Assembly (NCBI GenBank): GCA_003971905.1
Contig: RSEE01000002.1
Span: forward strand, 930,001-994,000
Source: Moniliella sp. 'wahieum'
Taxonomy: Eukaryota
DNA: 64,000 nt
Direction: 5' to 3'
The position numbers and the translations under genes were made by a program. Below, piece after piece: positions 1 through 10,738 of this stretch (within the stretch, counting starts at the first letter, position 1; each line of letters starts with the position of its first letter). The notes beneath the pieces were generated by a model, which worked only from the letters and a program-made list of their open reading frames with translations, was not told the DNA's origin and made no database searches.

Positions 1-616
1 CTGGGCTAAGCGGGAGGCAAGCTGTTCCTGGTGCGTAGAGCGAAGATCAGCCAGTTCAGTGGAGTGCTGCGTTTGGATTTGGCTCAATCCATCCCGGACT
101 CGCGCCAGTTGAGTCTGTGCCTCATCACGTTCCCTCTGGGCTGCAAGAAGAAGTGCCGAATCGGAGCCGGGACGCCGCAGTGCCTGGTCCCTCTGAGCTG
201 GGGTAAGAATTGTGGGCAGCCAAAGCGGAAATGTGATGCTGCAGTACATCTGAACGCAACCTTGATGCCTCCTCTGTAGCCTCCAGCAGCTGGGACGTCA
301 ATCGCGACGTGGACGCAGAAGAGGTATCGTCGCTAGCTGCATCCGCACTCGGTGGAAAGGTACCATGCAGAGTATCGTACGCGTTGCGTAGGGCCGACTC
401 CAATCGATGGCGCTGTTGCAGGTGCTTGACTCGCCTCTCGGTGCGGACGAGCGCGACCTGCGTGTCGGTCAGTTGCTCCGGGGGGAGCAAGCCGCCATGG
501 ATCGCTGGCCGCAGCTTGTCCGCCATCAGCGCCTCCGGGGGAGGCGCATGCGGGCCCAGCAGCACCTCCATCAACGCACTCTCGGATACGTTGGGGGTGG
601 CGCTGCGCTTCGCCAT
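1..616 (-). CDS. Hypothetical coiled-coil protein, runs off the window start (weak resemblance to fungal CENP-H/Fta3-type proteins)
   Basis: ATG at 616 (MAKRSATPNV...). After a probable frameshift near 190 it continues as ...LLLAAQRERDEAQTQLARVRDGLSQIQ..., open to position 1. The family guess is by eye only. Confidence 0.4.
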
Positions 617-1459
617 GGAGGGCGTGCGAGGCGGTTGGGGGGTGAAGCCTGAGGCCGCGGCGGCTGCCTCGCCACGCTGCGTCGCGGCCAGCCTGGGCCC
701 CACACTGCCCTCGGGCCTCCAACCCACAGGCATCACGTGATGATCCCTGGTGCATGATGCATGATGCGCCTCCTGGCTCCGCCTCCACGCTGCCGGAGGG
801 CCGCGCACACGAGCAGTGTCCATTCCCCAGACCCTGGCAGCAACCCTACTTGTCCCTTGAGCGCGTTCGCCCCAGTACACTGACGACGGCTCACGCGCTC
901 ACACAAGGAGGCCCCCGGTCAGTCGGCGCTGCTGGGCGCAGTTCTTCGTTTGCACGTTCGCATACTGGGCGCCCTCGGACCTCGCGGCCTCAGAGACGAG
1001 CCTCATCCCTCGCCGATCATCTTCGCCCTCATCCTGCCAAAATCGAAGCCGGTGGATTGAGCACTGGCGTGCCAATGCCGTTTACAGTCGAGATGTGGAA
1101 GAAAATTGCAGGCAGGCTTATAATACCTTAGGGTTAGTACAATATCGCAGAGCTGGCACGGTAAATGTGGGTCGCATAATACTGCCACACAATCGTTACG
1201 CCCAAAGGGAGGCGGTAAACGTGGTAAACCCGAAACATAGAATGGGCACTGAGCCTCAGCGCTCTTATTACATGCCACGTACAGAGCGTAAGCATCAGGC
1301 TGATGGCTGTGCCATGAGGCTCATGTCGCTGAGCTGAGCGCTGATGCATGAAGTTTGATGCAATGGGACAAGACACTCGGCACCTAGTATCAGGTTCTCC
1401 CGATCGTTCAACGCGTGTTCTGTTTGCTAGGGCCAAAAAGCCAAAATTATACTAGAAAG

Positions 1460-2001
1460 CGCGTGATGGGGCCCGGAGCACTCGGAGGATCAGGAATGGA
1501 GGTAGACCACACGCTGCGCGACACGGGATCGCTGGAGGCGCAGAGCGCGTACCGGAGGGTGGTGCATGAGAGCACCGCAACTCCCTTGGAACGCCGGGAG
1601 AAGGAGTTGCTTCGGCTGCTTGAACAAGCAGAATGCGACAAGAACGCTAAGTACCAGGGACGCACTCAAGAGCCGTTTTTCCCCCTGGTTTTGACGACGC
1701 GAGGATACCACGGCACCAAGACAGCGGGCAAGTTGTTTGCGCATTGGAAGGAGTTGGCTACTAAGTCTCAGTGGGAATGGTTCCTCGCTCGGATGTCAAC
1801 CACGTTCATCCATGTCCACATGCGCTTCCTAGGGTACGGGACCGGATGGCGAGAGGCGGAGGGTCCTGATATCCTGGCGATCCCCCTGGTTCCTTGACCT
1901 TAGTGGGGCCTCCAAGTAACCCCCGCAAGATGAACGGTTAGGTTTAGACGTAGCGTTCCCCCTGTCCCAGCCTTAAGCTCTGTCAATGAAATGGACGTGG
2001 T
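1460..2001 (+). mobile_element. 5'-truncated copy of the RLE non-LTR retrotransposon (endonuclease C-terminus plus 3' UTR), 8-bp TSD CTAGAAAG
   Basis: Translation RVMGPGALGG...DKNAKYQGRTQEPFFPLVLTTRG...PDILAIPLVP is nearly identical to the C-terminus of the 47851-51658 element. CTAGAAAG occurs at 1452-1459 and 2002-2009. Confidence 0.92.
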
Positions 2002-2073
2002 CTAGAAAGAGGAGAGTTGCCGACAGGTCACCGGTCAGGGCCCTCTGGCTCCCACCTAAGGCCTAAGGCCTAA

Positions 2074-2342
2074 TGGCCTTCTTGTCCTATTCTGCTTGCT
2101 CCACCAGTCAGAGCAACTCATCCTTCTGGCGTTCCACAACAGGCGTCTTGGGTTTCCTCGTGTACCACCCCAACCGGAGCACACTGGCCATCATTAGCCT
2201 CAGCCTTATTTGCCTGAATCCCTCAGGGCGGGGCCCACCTCCGTTCCTGGTACGTGTTCCCGTAATTCGGGAGTCCATAGTACCCCTGGCCTTCCTCCCA
2301 CACGCCGCTTCTGGTCCTCTGCCTCCACAGCCGGGGCCTCCA
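2074..2342 (-). mobile_element. Old, degenerate fragment of the same RLE retrotransposon family
   Basis: ggccttcttgtcctattctgcttg...ggcgttcca...taccaccc aligns by eye with 48209-48300. Minus-strand VEAEDQKRR and GTEVGP/ALRDSG (across a frameshift) resemble VEEEDGTRR and GMEVDHTLRDTG. Contains stops and indels. Confidence 0.7.
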
Positions 2343-3074
2343 CTATATAAAAACGAAAGGCGCGAACATGGGTTGGAATATTATAAAGTTTAGGTTGTGG
2401 GAGTATCAGGATGCCGAGTGAGGCTTTTGTGTCTGTCCCCTGGGGCAGAACGCACCCTGGTCATTAATGGTATTCGTGTTACTGGTGTTACTACCCTGGG
2501 AGATATTGTCAGATCCACATCCAGAGTGGGCTGTTCGGAGTTAGTGATCATAATATTGAAGGTTAAGCGTTAAACGTCGACGCCGTTGCGAGTCGATGAG
2601 ATACGAGAGGAAGCTGTCGCAGCTACTTGAGAGAGGACATCCTGGCAAACCCGAGGGAAGGGAGCACCCGTTACTCAGTCCCAAAAGGGCAGCGCGATAC
2701 AGGGGGCAATGGGGGATCATTAATCATTTGTTCCTCGCACAGCCATGGGCGGTCCAAGCACCCTGAAAGAAAGCGGGCCTCCGGCATATAGCTCAAAACG
2801 TTTATAATTGACGCATCATGTCCAAGTTGTTCAAGCCTCACGGGCCTCACGTCGAGACACTGAATTTGCCATGCAAACATGAAGAGGCTGCCGCGTTGGA
2901 CAACGACCTGGATGTTCGTGGACTTGGGGATGCATCAGCCACCAGCACACAGCCCATATCGGCATTATCGGCAACTCTTTCATGAGCATCTCAACGTGGC
3001 ATCCGGTGGGCTGTCATTCTATAGCCAACAGGCCCGGTGATACCCCCAGAGAAACAGAATGAGCAAGGGACCAG

Positions 3075-3150
3075 GTGGACCACTTGGGCGTAGATCATTT
3101 GGGCGTGGATCATTTGGGCGTGGATCACTTGGGCGTGGATCACTTGGGCG
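3075..3150. repeat. 15-bp tandem repeat (GTGGATCACTTGGGC) x5 overlapping the SEM1 stop codon
   Basis: Directly visible, with single-base variants between units. Confidence 0.95.
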
Positions 3151-3554
3151 TCTTTTCCAGCTCAGCCCTAGGCAGAAAAAAAACAACCATTAGAACACCT
3201 ACGGGTGCAAGTTGCCAGAAAACGAAAACACGCGTACCTCAAAGCTTTGGTAAAGTCATCCTCCACATCATCATCGTCCCAATTGTCTGCCCATAGGTGA
3301 TCTTCCCCAGTCCGACCCGAGGCGCCACCAACGATCGACAGGCCTACTGCACTGCCCGGTGCAGAGGGGGCTGCTGCGCCATTCGAGATGTAGACGTTCT
3401 TGTCCGAAAGATGGGCAAGAGCCGTATCGGTATCGTTCCAATCCTGGGCATCAAACTCCTCGAACTCGTCGTCCTCATCTAACACACCAAGAGGGGGGAG
3501 GTCCTCGGCGGAAAATTGGGGCAGGGGGAAGGCACTCGTGCTGGCCATTGCCAT
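3140..3554 (-). CDS. SEM1: DSS1/Sem1 proteasome lid subunit, two exons (intron 3168-3237)
   Basis: Motifs LGVLDEDDEFEEF and LWADNWDDDDVEDDFTKALR. GTACGC donor, CTAAT branch site and TAG acceptor. Last exon AELEKTPK*. Confidence 0.95.
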
Positions 3555-4660
3555 GGTTGGCGGGGCTGCCGGCTGCCTCGGACTAAGCCAAATGCCGCGT
3601 CCCCAATGGTGGGGCAGCCCACAAGCGTGGCTGCATTCGATTTCCGCCCCCAAGTTCCGCCCAAACTTGAAAGTATGTAAGTGACAGATGGTGGTCGGTG
3701 ATTGATGATCGATGGTCGATGGTCGATGGTCGTACTATGTACAACGTACGTTCAACGTTCAACCCCGTACGCTGACGGGTTGATTAATGATTGGCGCTTG
3801 GGGCCCCGGGGGCAGCGAGGAACATGACCAAGAGTGACTAGTGTTGACTTACGGCTTCACTAGTGACTACTAGCTAGTGGCTTCGAAGTGAAGCTTTGAA
3901 TGATTAATGAAGGCTTGACTAGCTCTCGACTAGCAATGCCAACACCATCTACCGCCACCTCCCCCTTTTGTCTCCACCGCCTTCCTGCTTCTCCAGAATG
4001 TTGCCGATGCGCACAAAAAGTTCGCATGGGATGGTAGTTGTACTCCTTGGACTTCAAAACACTCGATCATGATGGGCCGACGTGAACGTTGATCCTATAC
4101 CCGACTCCCAGCCTCGCCGCCTTCAAACTTCAATGAGGATCCCTGATGAAACCTGCGGCGAGAAGGAGGTGAGTTCCTTTGATATCGGTTCGAACAGTGG
4201 ACACGTCTTTGTGGTCCAGCCATGGCTCCCATCTTGGCGGTTCCCCCTTGCTTATGGGCATTTCCTTGCTTATGGGTGTTTGGATAGAATGCGGAGCTCG
4301 TGCTAATTGGGCCTGAACGATATGTTTTGAATTTCGCGGGTAGGCAACGGTGGAGATTGTCAGGACCCCTTCATTGGCCCGCACTCTCAGCCTTGGGGCA
4401 GAAGACGCATGCTGTTCTTTCTCCTGTCTTCGTCCCGGAGTTTACAGATGAGGCTCAGTAGGGTCTTTGTCGCTCTTGGCCTCTCCGTATAGGTGACTCA
4501 AATTTGAATACGTTGTCCATTTCCGCGTCATGCGCCACTCCTCATATTGTTCTCCCGTCTCTGCTTCATCTAATGGTTGTACTTGTTGTGCCTTGCTTCA
4601 GAGACCAAGATCCACATCCGATGTCTGGCTCTATTGCCAGCTGCTCCCCCTTTATTATAT

Positions 4661-4867
4661 CACGTTCATCCGTGTCCACACGCGCTACCTCGGGTGTGGG
4701 AACGGATGGCGGGCACCAGAGGGTCCTGATATCCTGGTGATTCCCCTGGTTCCCTAAAGGGGTGGCGCTACCGAGCAACACACGCAAGATGAACGGGTCG
4801 GTTTAGGCGTAGCTTTCCCCTGTCCCAGCCTTAAGCTCTGTCAATGACATGGATGCAGTATGGAGAT
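4661..4867 (+). mobile_element. Diverged 3'-end fragment of the RLE retrotransposon
   Basis: TFIRVHTRYLGCGNGWRAPEGPDILVIPLVP* followed by the 3' UTR core cctgtcccagccttaagctctgtcaatg. Confidence 0.88.
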
Positions 4868-6066
4868 GCCGACACTACACTTCCCTTCATCAACCATCGA
4901 GGAGCAGGGAGTAAGAGCATGAAAACGGGAAGATATCTCCGAGGCGATACCCGGTATCATATATCAGGCCTCAGGTCTGGGAAGCCCCCGCCCCCGAGCG
5001 GTACAATAGGAACTCCACAGAGAGAGGGTTTTGTTTCGGCTGTGCGTTGCACGATGGCTGTACCCCGCTGAAAAAAAGTGATCGGCCATCACGCAGTGAC
5101 GCACAGTTGCATGAATATAGTACCTAGTACCCGAGACACAGTTACTACTATCACATAGGTTACCGGTTAGTCGTGCTCTGCCCATTTTCTCTCGTAATAA
5201 CATAGGCACCTGTGGCAGTTGATGTCTCCTCTTCGATCTTATTTCCGGGCTGGGGCCCTTTGCTCCCTTTTCACTCTCAGTGACAAAAGCGACTAGTGAC
5301 AAACTAGCGACTCCTTTCGGCTGTGCAGCCCCCAGCCCACCATCCATTATGCATTGCGCTGGTAACCACGGCAATGTGGGGCATCTCCGCCGCTGTGCTA
5401 CCTACCACCAAGTGATGTAACGTGTAATGCATAATGCAGCAGCCGACGCCTATGGCCGGGCGTCCGGATGACAGGGTGATATGATGGCGGACAATGTAGC
5501 ACTTGTCCTGTGCGAGAGGCTCGTGTGCACAGGTGGCAACATAGGCGGCGAGACCCAGGCTAGGCGGAGTCGGTCACAGTAAGAAAGAAAACAGATGTGG
5601 CGGGAGAAGTAGGATATTGCACACCGTTGTAAGGGCCTGCCTGTCCGGCTCTTTGCATTTGACGACCGTGTTAGAGACGAGCCGGTCCAAGTATACGCGA
5701 CGCGCTTGGCTCATGCGACAGCACTTCTCGTCATCGTATGACAAACCATGCCTACTCCATCCCACACGCAATCCCCTGGCCACCGGCCAAAAGTCGGACA
5801 GAATATATATAGCTTGGCCCCCCTCCTAGGGAACAGACAATATAGTGCTGCGCGCTCGCTGTACCCAATCTTTGGGTCGGGCCGGCAGGGGCAATCAAGC
5901 TTTTTTTGCTAGCTGTTCTCCACAGTCTGTGGGGCTGATCGCGGGTCTAGACGGTCATTTCCTCCTCCTCACCATCACCTTGAAAACTAGCCGACCCGTC
6001 CTGGAGCTAGCACCCTCTACGAGCACCCCCTCCGCTCTCCCTGCCTCTTTGCATCACCCAGTTGAG

Positions 6067-6969
6067 ATGAGTGAACCCGTGCGCAGCGCCTATGCGCCCA
6101 GCATCATCCGCCCGCCGTATACACACCGTGGCTCGCCTCCCACTTCTCACGACCAGTCCCTCATATCACCTGCTGCATGGGAGAGACCGAGCCTGGACCC
6201 GTCCTGGGCTCAGACGGCTGGCACGTACAGCTTGAACCACAACCATCCTAACTTGTTTTACACCCATTGGCATGGCCGAGAATCCCGGCTGTCAACCACG
6301 TCCGACCGTCTCCTCGAAGCGCTCTCGCCTCCACTTGGTCGCCTGTCTGGCTCTGGTACGGAGCCTGTGACGCCAAATGCTCGGCTTCCCCCTCACGACC
6401 AAGAGGACAGGCACCGAGACCACGTCCCCCCGCCTCCCTGGCCCTCTGCGACCTGGTCCGCTTCTCCCACCAACCGCAGAGGTTCCCCCTTGCCCTACCA
6501 GAGTGACGAGCCAGACCAGCCTGCCTCGCAAGGGCTGTTTGGCTGCGCATCAGTATCGCCAGCACTGGACGCGGATGAGGAGCTAGGATTTACAGTACAA
6601 GGGGGCGTGCTGCAAGCTCCCTTGATCCCCTTGACCGACCATGCGCCTACTGAGTTAGCAGCGCCCGTGGCTCTGCCTGCCGCTGCTTCTGTCCCTGTGC
6701 CTGTTAGTCTGGTGGGCAAGAACGAGGAGATGGGCGAGGGTGAGCGCGAGCGCGAGCGCGAGCGCGAGACAGGCAAGCCTAAACGCAAGCAAGTCCGCAA
6801 CGCTTGTACCAACTGCCAACGGATCGCCAAGAAAGGTTGTTCGGATCAACGTCCGTGCCAGCGCTGCATCCGCCTGGGACTTCAAGATAGCTGTCGTTCG
6901 TCGATCCATCGCCAACGGCTCCCTGGTCTTCGCCTACGTTGTCCTCCGGCTCAATACGAACCCGATTGA
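6067..6969 (+). CDS. Zn(II)2Cys6 transcription factor with a C-terminal zinc cluster
   Basis: KRKQVRNACTNCQRIAKKGCSDQRPCQRCIRLGLQDSC, preceded by a Pro/Ser-rich region. First ATG of the ORF is at 6067. Confidence 0.85.
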   Translation: MSEPVRSAYAPSIIRPPYTHRGSPPTSHDQSLISPAAWERPSLDPSWAQTAGTYSLNHNHPNLFYTHWHGRESRLSTTSDRLLEALSPPLGRLSGSGTEPVTPNARLPPHDQEDRHRDHVPPPPWPSATWSASPTNRRGSPLPYQSDEPDQPASQGLFGCASVSPALDADEELGFTVQGGVLQAPLIPLTDHAPTELAAPVALPAAASVPVPVSLVGKNEEMGEGERERERERETGKPKRKQVRNACTNCQRIAKKGCSDQRPCQRCIRLGLQDSCRSSIHRQRLPGLRLRCPPAQYEPD

Positions 6970-7114
6970 AGGCAATGCATTGGACTAGACGCTGTACCCC
7001 GCCGCTTCGAGCTACATACAAAGAGGCCGAGACAGAGACAGAGACAGGGACAAAGAAAACATAGAGACAGAGGTAGAGATGGTCAATACCCCAACAACGT
7101 ACAAAAGCTACAGA

Positions 7115-8198
7115 TCAAGGCATGACGTACTTGTTGTTTGCGCTTTTCCGCCTGCGCAAGACGAGCTTCCAGTTCTTCCAGCTCCTGCGCTTGAGACTGC
7201 AGGTCGGGTCGCCCTAGGTAGCAATGCACAACATCAGTAATCAGCACCACCTGTCCAAAGTCGAGCGAATGGGGGGTAGGGCGGTAGGGCGGTAGAGGGG
7301 GGGGGGGGGGGGATGAGAAGCAAAAGGATAAGAGGTGACAACGTACTTGGTGTGAACCCGCTTCTCTAGCTCCGCAACCGAGCGATCCGCAGCTGCATGC
7401 AAGTCACCTTGAATGTCGAACCCAGAAGCTTGGACGGCGGGCAAGCCATTGGTGGGATGGGATGCGTGAGCGGCAAAGACCGGGTCGGAGGAGGTGGGTG
7501 CGTCGGCGCCATCAGCCGTGACGTAGGCTCGAAATTCGAGCGGCGTGCCATACGTCGCATCCGTTTCGTCCAAGCTCCATTCCTGCAGCTCGGTATTTTT
7601 CCACGGATAAGATGAGCCAGTCAAGCGGCGCAAAAAGTCGCCATGGGCAACGAGGAGGATGACCGGTTCGGGCCGGCTCTTAAGCCAGTTGCGCACCCAC
7701 GCCGCCCGTGCCTCCAGGGCAGCTGGCGACGATGCGTAGAACCCAGCCTTGCTCGTCCAGTCCGGCGTGAGCAGACTAAAGTCCACCCCGGCCAGTTCCA
7801 AGTCCTTCTCCAGCGTCGCACGGGGCGATCCCGTGTCGCACGGAAACGCATTGCACTCCTGCAACTGAGGCATGGCCGCAATCGTCGCGCGTCCGCCTAG
7901 CCGCGCCACCGTCTCCCCCCAGCCAATCAACGTGGTCTGCAACGTCCGCTTGAGCGCACTGGACGCCACGAGCTTCACCTGGGCCCGGGCCAGGGAAGCC
8001 TTAGGGTCCTTGGCAAGCGCGGCAGCTTGCGCCTTGCCGAGGGCGGTGAGAGGCGCATCGGGGATCGAGTAGTCGTCCGCCACGTTCTAGCCTAGGGCGT
8101 CAGCAGGGCGGTGCGTAGGAGGCACGCAGGGGAGGAGGGGAGGAAGCACTGACATGTTCCGCCTGGGCGTGGCGGCAGAGATAGATGGTCTTGGTCAT
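7115..8198 (-). CDS. Phosphoglycerate mutase-like histidine phosphatase with a short coiled-coil tail, at least three exons
   Basis: Exon 1 MTKTIYLCRHAQAEH (RHG-type motif), intron 8087-8153, then DAPLTALG, SSALKRTLQT, PCDTGS and LVAHGDFL. A second intron precedes QAQELEELEARLAQAEKRK. The 3' end is approximate. Confidence 0.9.
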
Positions 8199-8828
8199 GG
8201 GGGTGGAGGTTAGGATGCGAAGAGAAGGTGGTGGTGCGACAGGAGGAACGACGAGCTAGCGCCCGGTTTCTCGCCCGGTGGCTGCTGCAGTGCCTACCCA
8301 CTCGCGCCGCGCTGTGGGTTCTGGTGGTTTGGCGCTGTGGAGCGGGCGGAGAAGCCACGGGAGGAGCCGACGTCATCGAGTCATCCGCACGTCACGCGTC
8401 GTGTATCATGCTCCGCCCCCGACCTCACGCGTCATGCGTCATTCATTGTGCGCCGTGGCTGCGTGGACAGGGCCAGGGTGGCTCGAGGGCCGCTGGAGCG
8501 TGCTGGGGTGCTCTGCAGCAACCAGCCAACCCCCGTGGGCCACGTCATCACGGCAGGCGAGGGCAGCGGCGGGATGGCCAGCGTCCCCAACCTGACCAGC
8601 AGGACAAAACATCCATGATGCATGACGCGTCACGCATGACATGTGACACGTGATATTTCCTCCCGTCCCTCAGCGCACGGACCTCTTCCATTTTCAAACT
8701 TCGGCTGCAGCGGACATTTCAATTTCATTTCAACGGGATCATCGATCATCGAATCATAGCTGGCCCATCGATTCTGGGCACTCTGACCTGCTCTGGCTCT
8801 CAGATCTCACAGCCCTTTCTTCTTCAAG

Positions 8829-8873
8829 GTCCGGTTTGGACGTCCGGTTTGGACGTCCGGTTTGGACGTCCGG
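8829..8873. repeat. 13-bp tandem repeat (GTCCGGTTTGGAC) x3.5 with self-complementary unit ends
   Basis: Directly visible. Confidence 0.9.
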
Positions 8874-10169
8874 CTGTTCGTCCCAGCCATGCCGGGGAGG
8901 GCACTCAGTACTCATGCGCACGGTACTCATCGGTACACAGCACCCAGAACCAGTACGACTGAAAAAAAGAAAACACCAGAGAAACGCTAGAAATCGATTG
9001 CTCCCCTTGGGCTGGTCTATACTTTCGTAGACAGAGACTATCCAGGCTCCCTGCCTCTCGCTCTCCCTCCACTAGAGCTGCCGTCCAGAGCGTCGAGTCT
9101 CAAGAGCCTGCCTCGAACCGGGGGAAGCGAGAGGAAAGAAACGAAACACGGGGGGGTGACATGTGACATGGCGACACAGCCAAGACGTTGGCCCTGCACC
9201 GACGTCGCCAACGACCCTCAGGGGATTGGGTGCATTGCCGAGACCATCAATCATCAATCATCAATCATCATGGGCGGAGAGGCGAGGGTACGCAGGAGTG
9301 TACACCCCGTGGTCCTAAAGGGCGTCAAGAGAGAGGCAGAGGGAGTAACATCGATCGGTAGGGTGTATGGATAGGCCGTCGGGCGAACAGTGCAAGATAA
9401 GCAAGCTAGGTAGGAGCTAGTGTTCTTTCCGCCGATGGTACAGGCACGCTGGGCACGGGCCTTCCTGATCATTCATTGCTCAGCACAGAGGGGTGTGGGA
9501 TCGTACGAATCCTGAGGACCACAGCATAGCATAGAGGGGTGCGTTCTGCGGACCCAAGACGGAACCGTGTGCCCAGGAAGAGGAGAACCCCCTGGCCAGG
9601 CACATCCCAACGTAGAAATGGTTTTTTTTTTGTCGCGAACGATCTCTACCCCCTCGACCCAACGGCGAGACCCGCAGCTCTCACCCCACTCAAACCAGTA
9701 TCGGCCGCAGGGGGGGGGGTAGTAGCCCAGTAGCCCACCCATTTGGTGTGGGGTCTCTCCTGGTAATATCCATTCCGCCACGACGAAGAAAGCCACGACG
9801 GGCGCCAGGCCACGGAGCCCGAGTGGATCAGAGTCCCGCGCGTCTTGTAGGGAAGCCAAATGGCGGGGCGGGGGTGGAAATCGGGAACCTGGATCCAGAA
9901 ATCGGGAACCTGCTGCGCGTGCCCACGTATCCGGAGAGCATGGAGAAACAACCGAATCGGAACGACGCTACCACAAGGGGACAATGCAAACGGGGGGCAC
10001 GGAGGGTGACAGGTGACATGGGGGGGGAGAGCATTGCTTTGCAGAGGGGCCCAGGGCGCCTCCGCTCCCCATCCCTGTCACAAGCCTATGCGAGGGCAAT
10101 CTTTTCCGGTAGCCTGGAAAGCTTGGAATGCAGTCGATTCGTATGATTAAGACGATGGGGAAGCAAGCA

Positions 10170-10252
10170 GGACGCAAGACGCAAGATGCAGGACGCAAGA
10201 CGCAAGACGCAGGACGCAAGACACAAGACGCAGGACGCAAGACACAAGACGC
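10170..10252. repeat. 7-bp tandem repeat (GACGCAA/GACGCAG/GACACAA), about 12 units
   Basis: Directly visible. Confidence 0.95.
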
Positions 10253-10511
10253 ATGCTGCTGGAATGCGCAAGGTGCGTGAATATGGAACGTAAGTCCGAC
10301 CTTCCGAGGGTCCCGGTGCCGGCTGGAAGATGAAAAAAAACGAACGCTGAGCGCCCAGGATGAGCACGGATCCGTTCAAGATCATCTATCCTCGAGCAAG
10401 CTTCAAGGGAAACAAAAGTAAGGGCAGGGGGGGGGGGGGGGGCGCGACCTGCTGACCATACGAGACACGGGGTGAAGATAACAGAGCAAAACAAAACAAA
10501 AATCGACGATC

Positions 10512-10738
10512 CATCTGCATCCCTGGGGAAAAACAAGAATAAGCCAGCGGCTACCGTCTCCAAGGATCGGCAAAGGCCACGAGCGAGGGCCGAGGGGGCG
10601 GGAGCAAATCCGCTTCAGGTGGGGTGAAGAGCATCTGCATCCCTGGGGAAAAACAAGAATAAGCCAGCGGCTACCGTCTCCAAGGATCGGCAAAGGCCAC
10701 GAGCGAGGGCCGAGGGGCGGGAGCAAATCCGCTTCAGG
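10512..10738. repeat. 120-bp-period tandem duplication
   Basis: 10512-10619 and 10632-10738 are identical except for the length of one G-run. Confidence 0.95.

Noticed and set aside
1128..1137. TTAGGGTTAG as a telomeric seed near the retrotransposon copy
   Set aside because: Only 10 nt and more than 300 bp from the element. On the minus strand it reads TACTAACCCTAAG, which fits a branch site plus acceptor or chance.
3075..10738. Short direct repeats (3075, 8829, 9878, 10512) as CRISPR-like arrays
   Set aside because: Eukaryotic context, no series of unique spacers and no cas genes.
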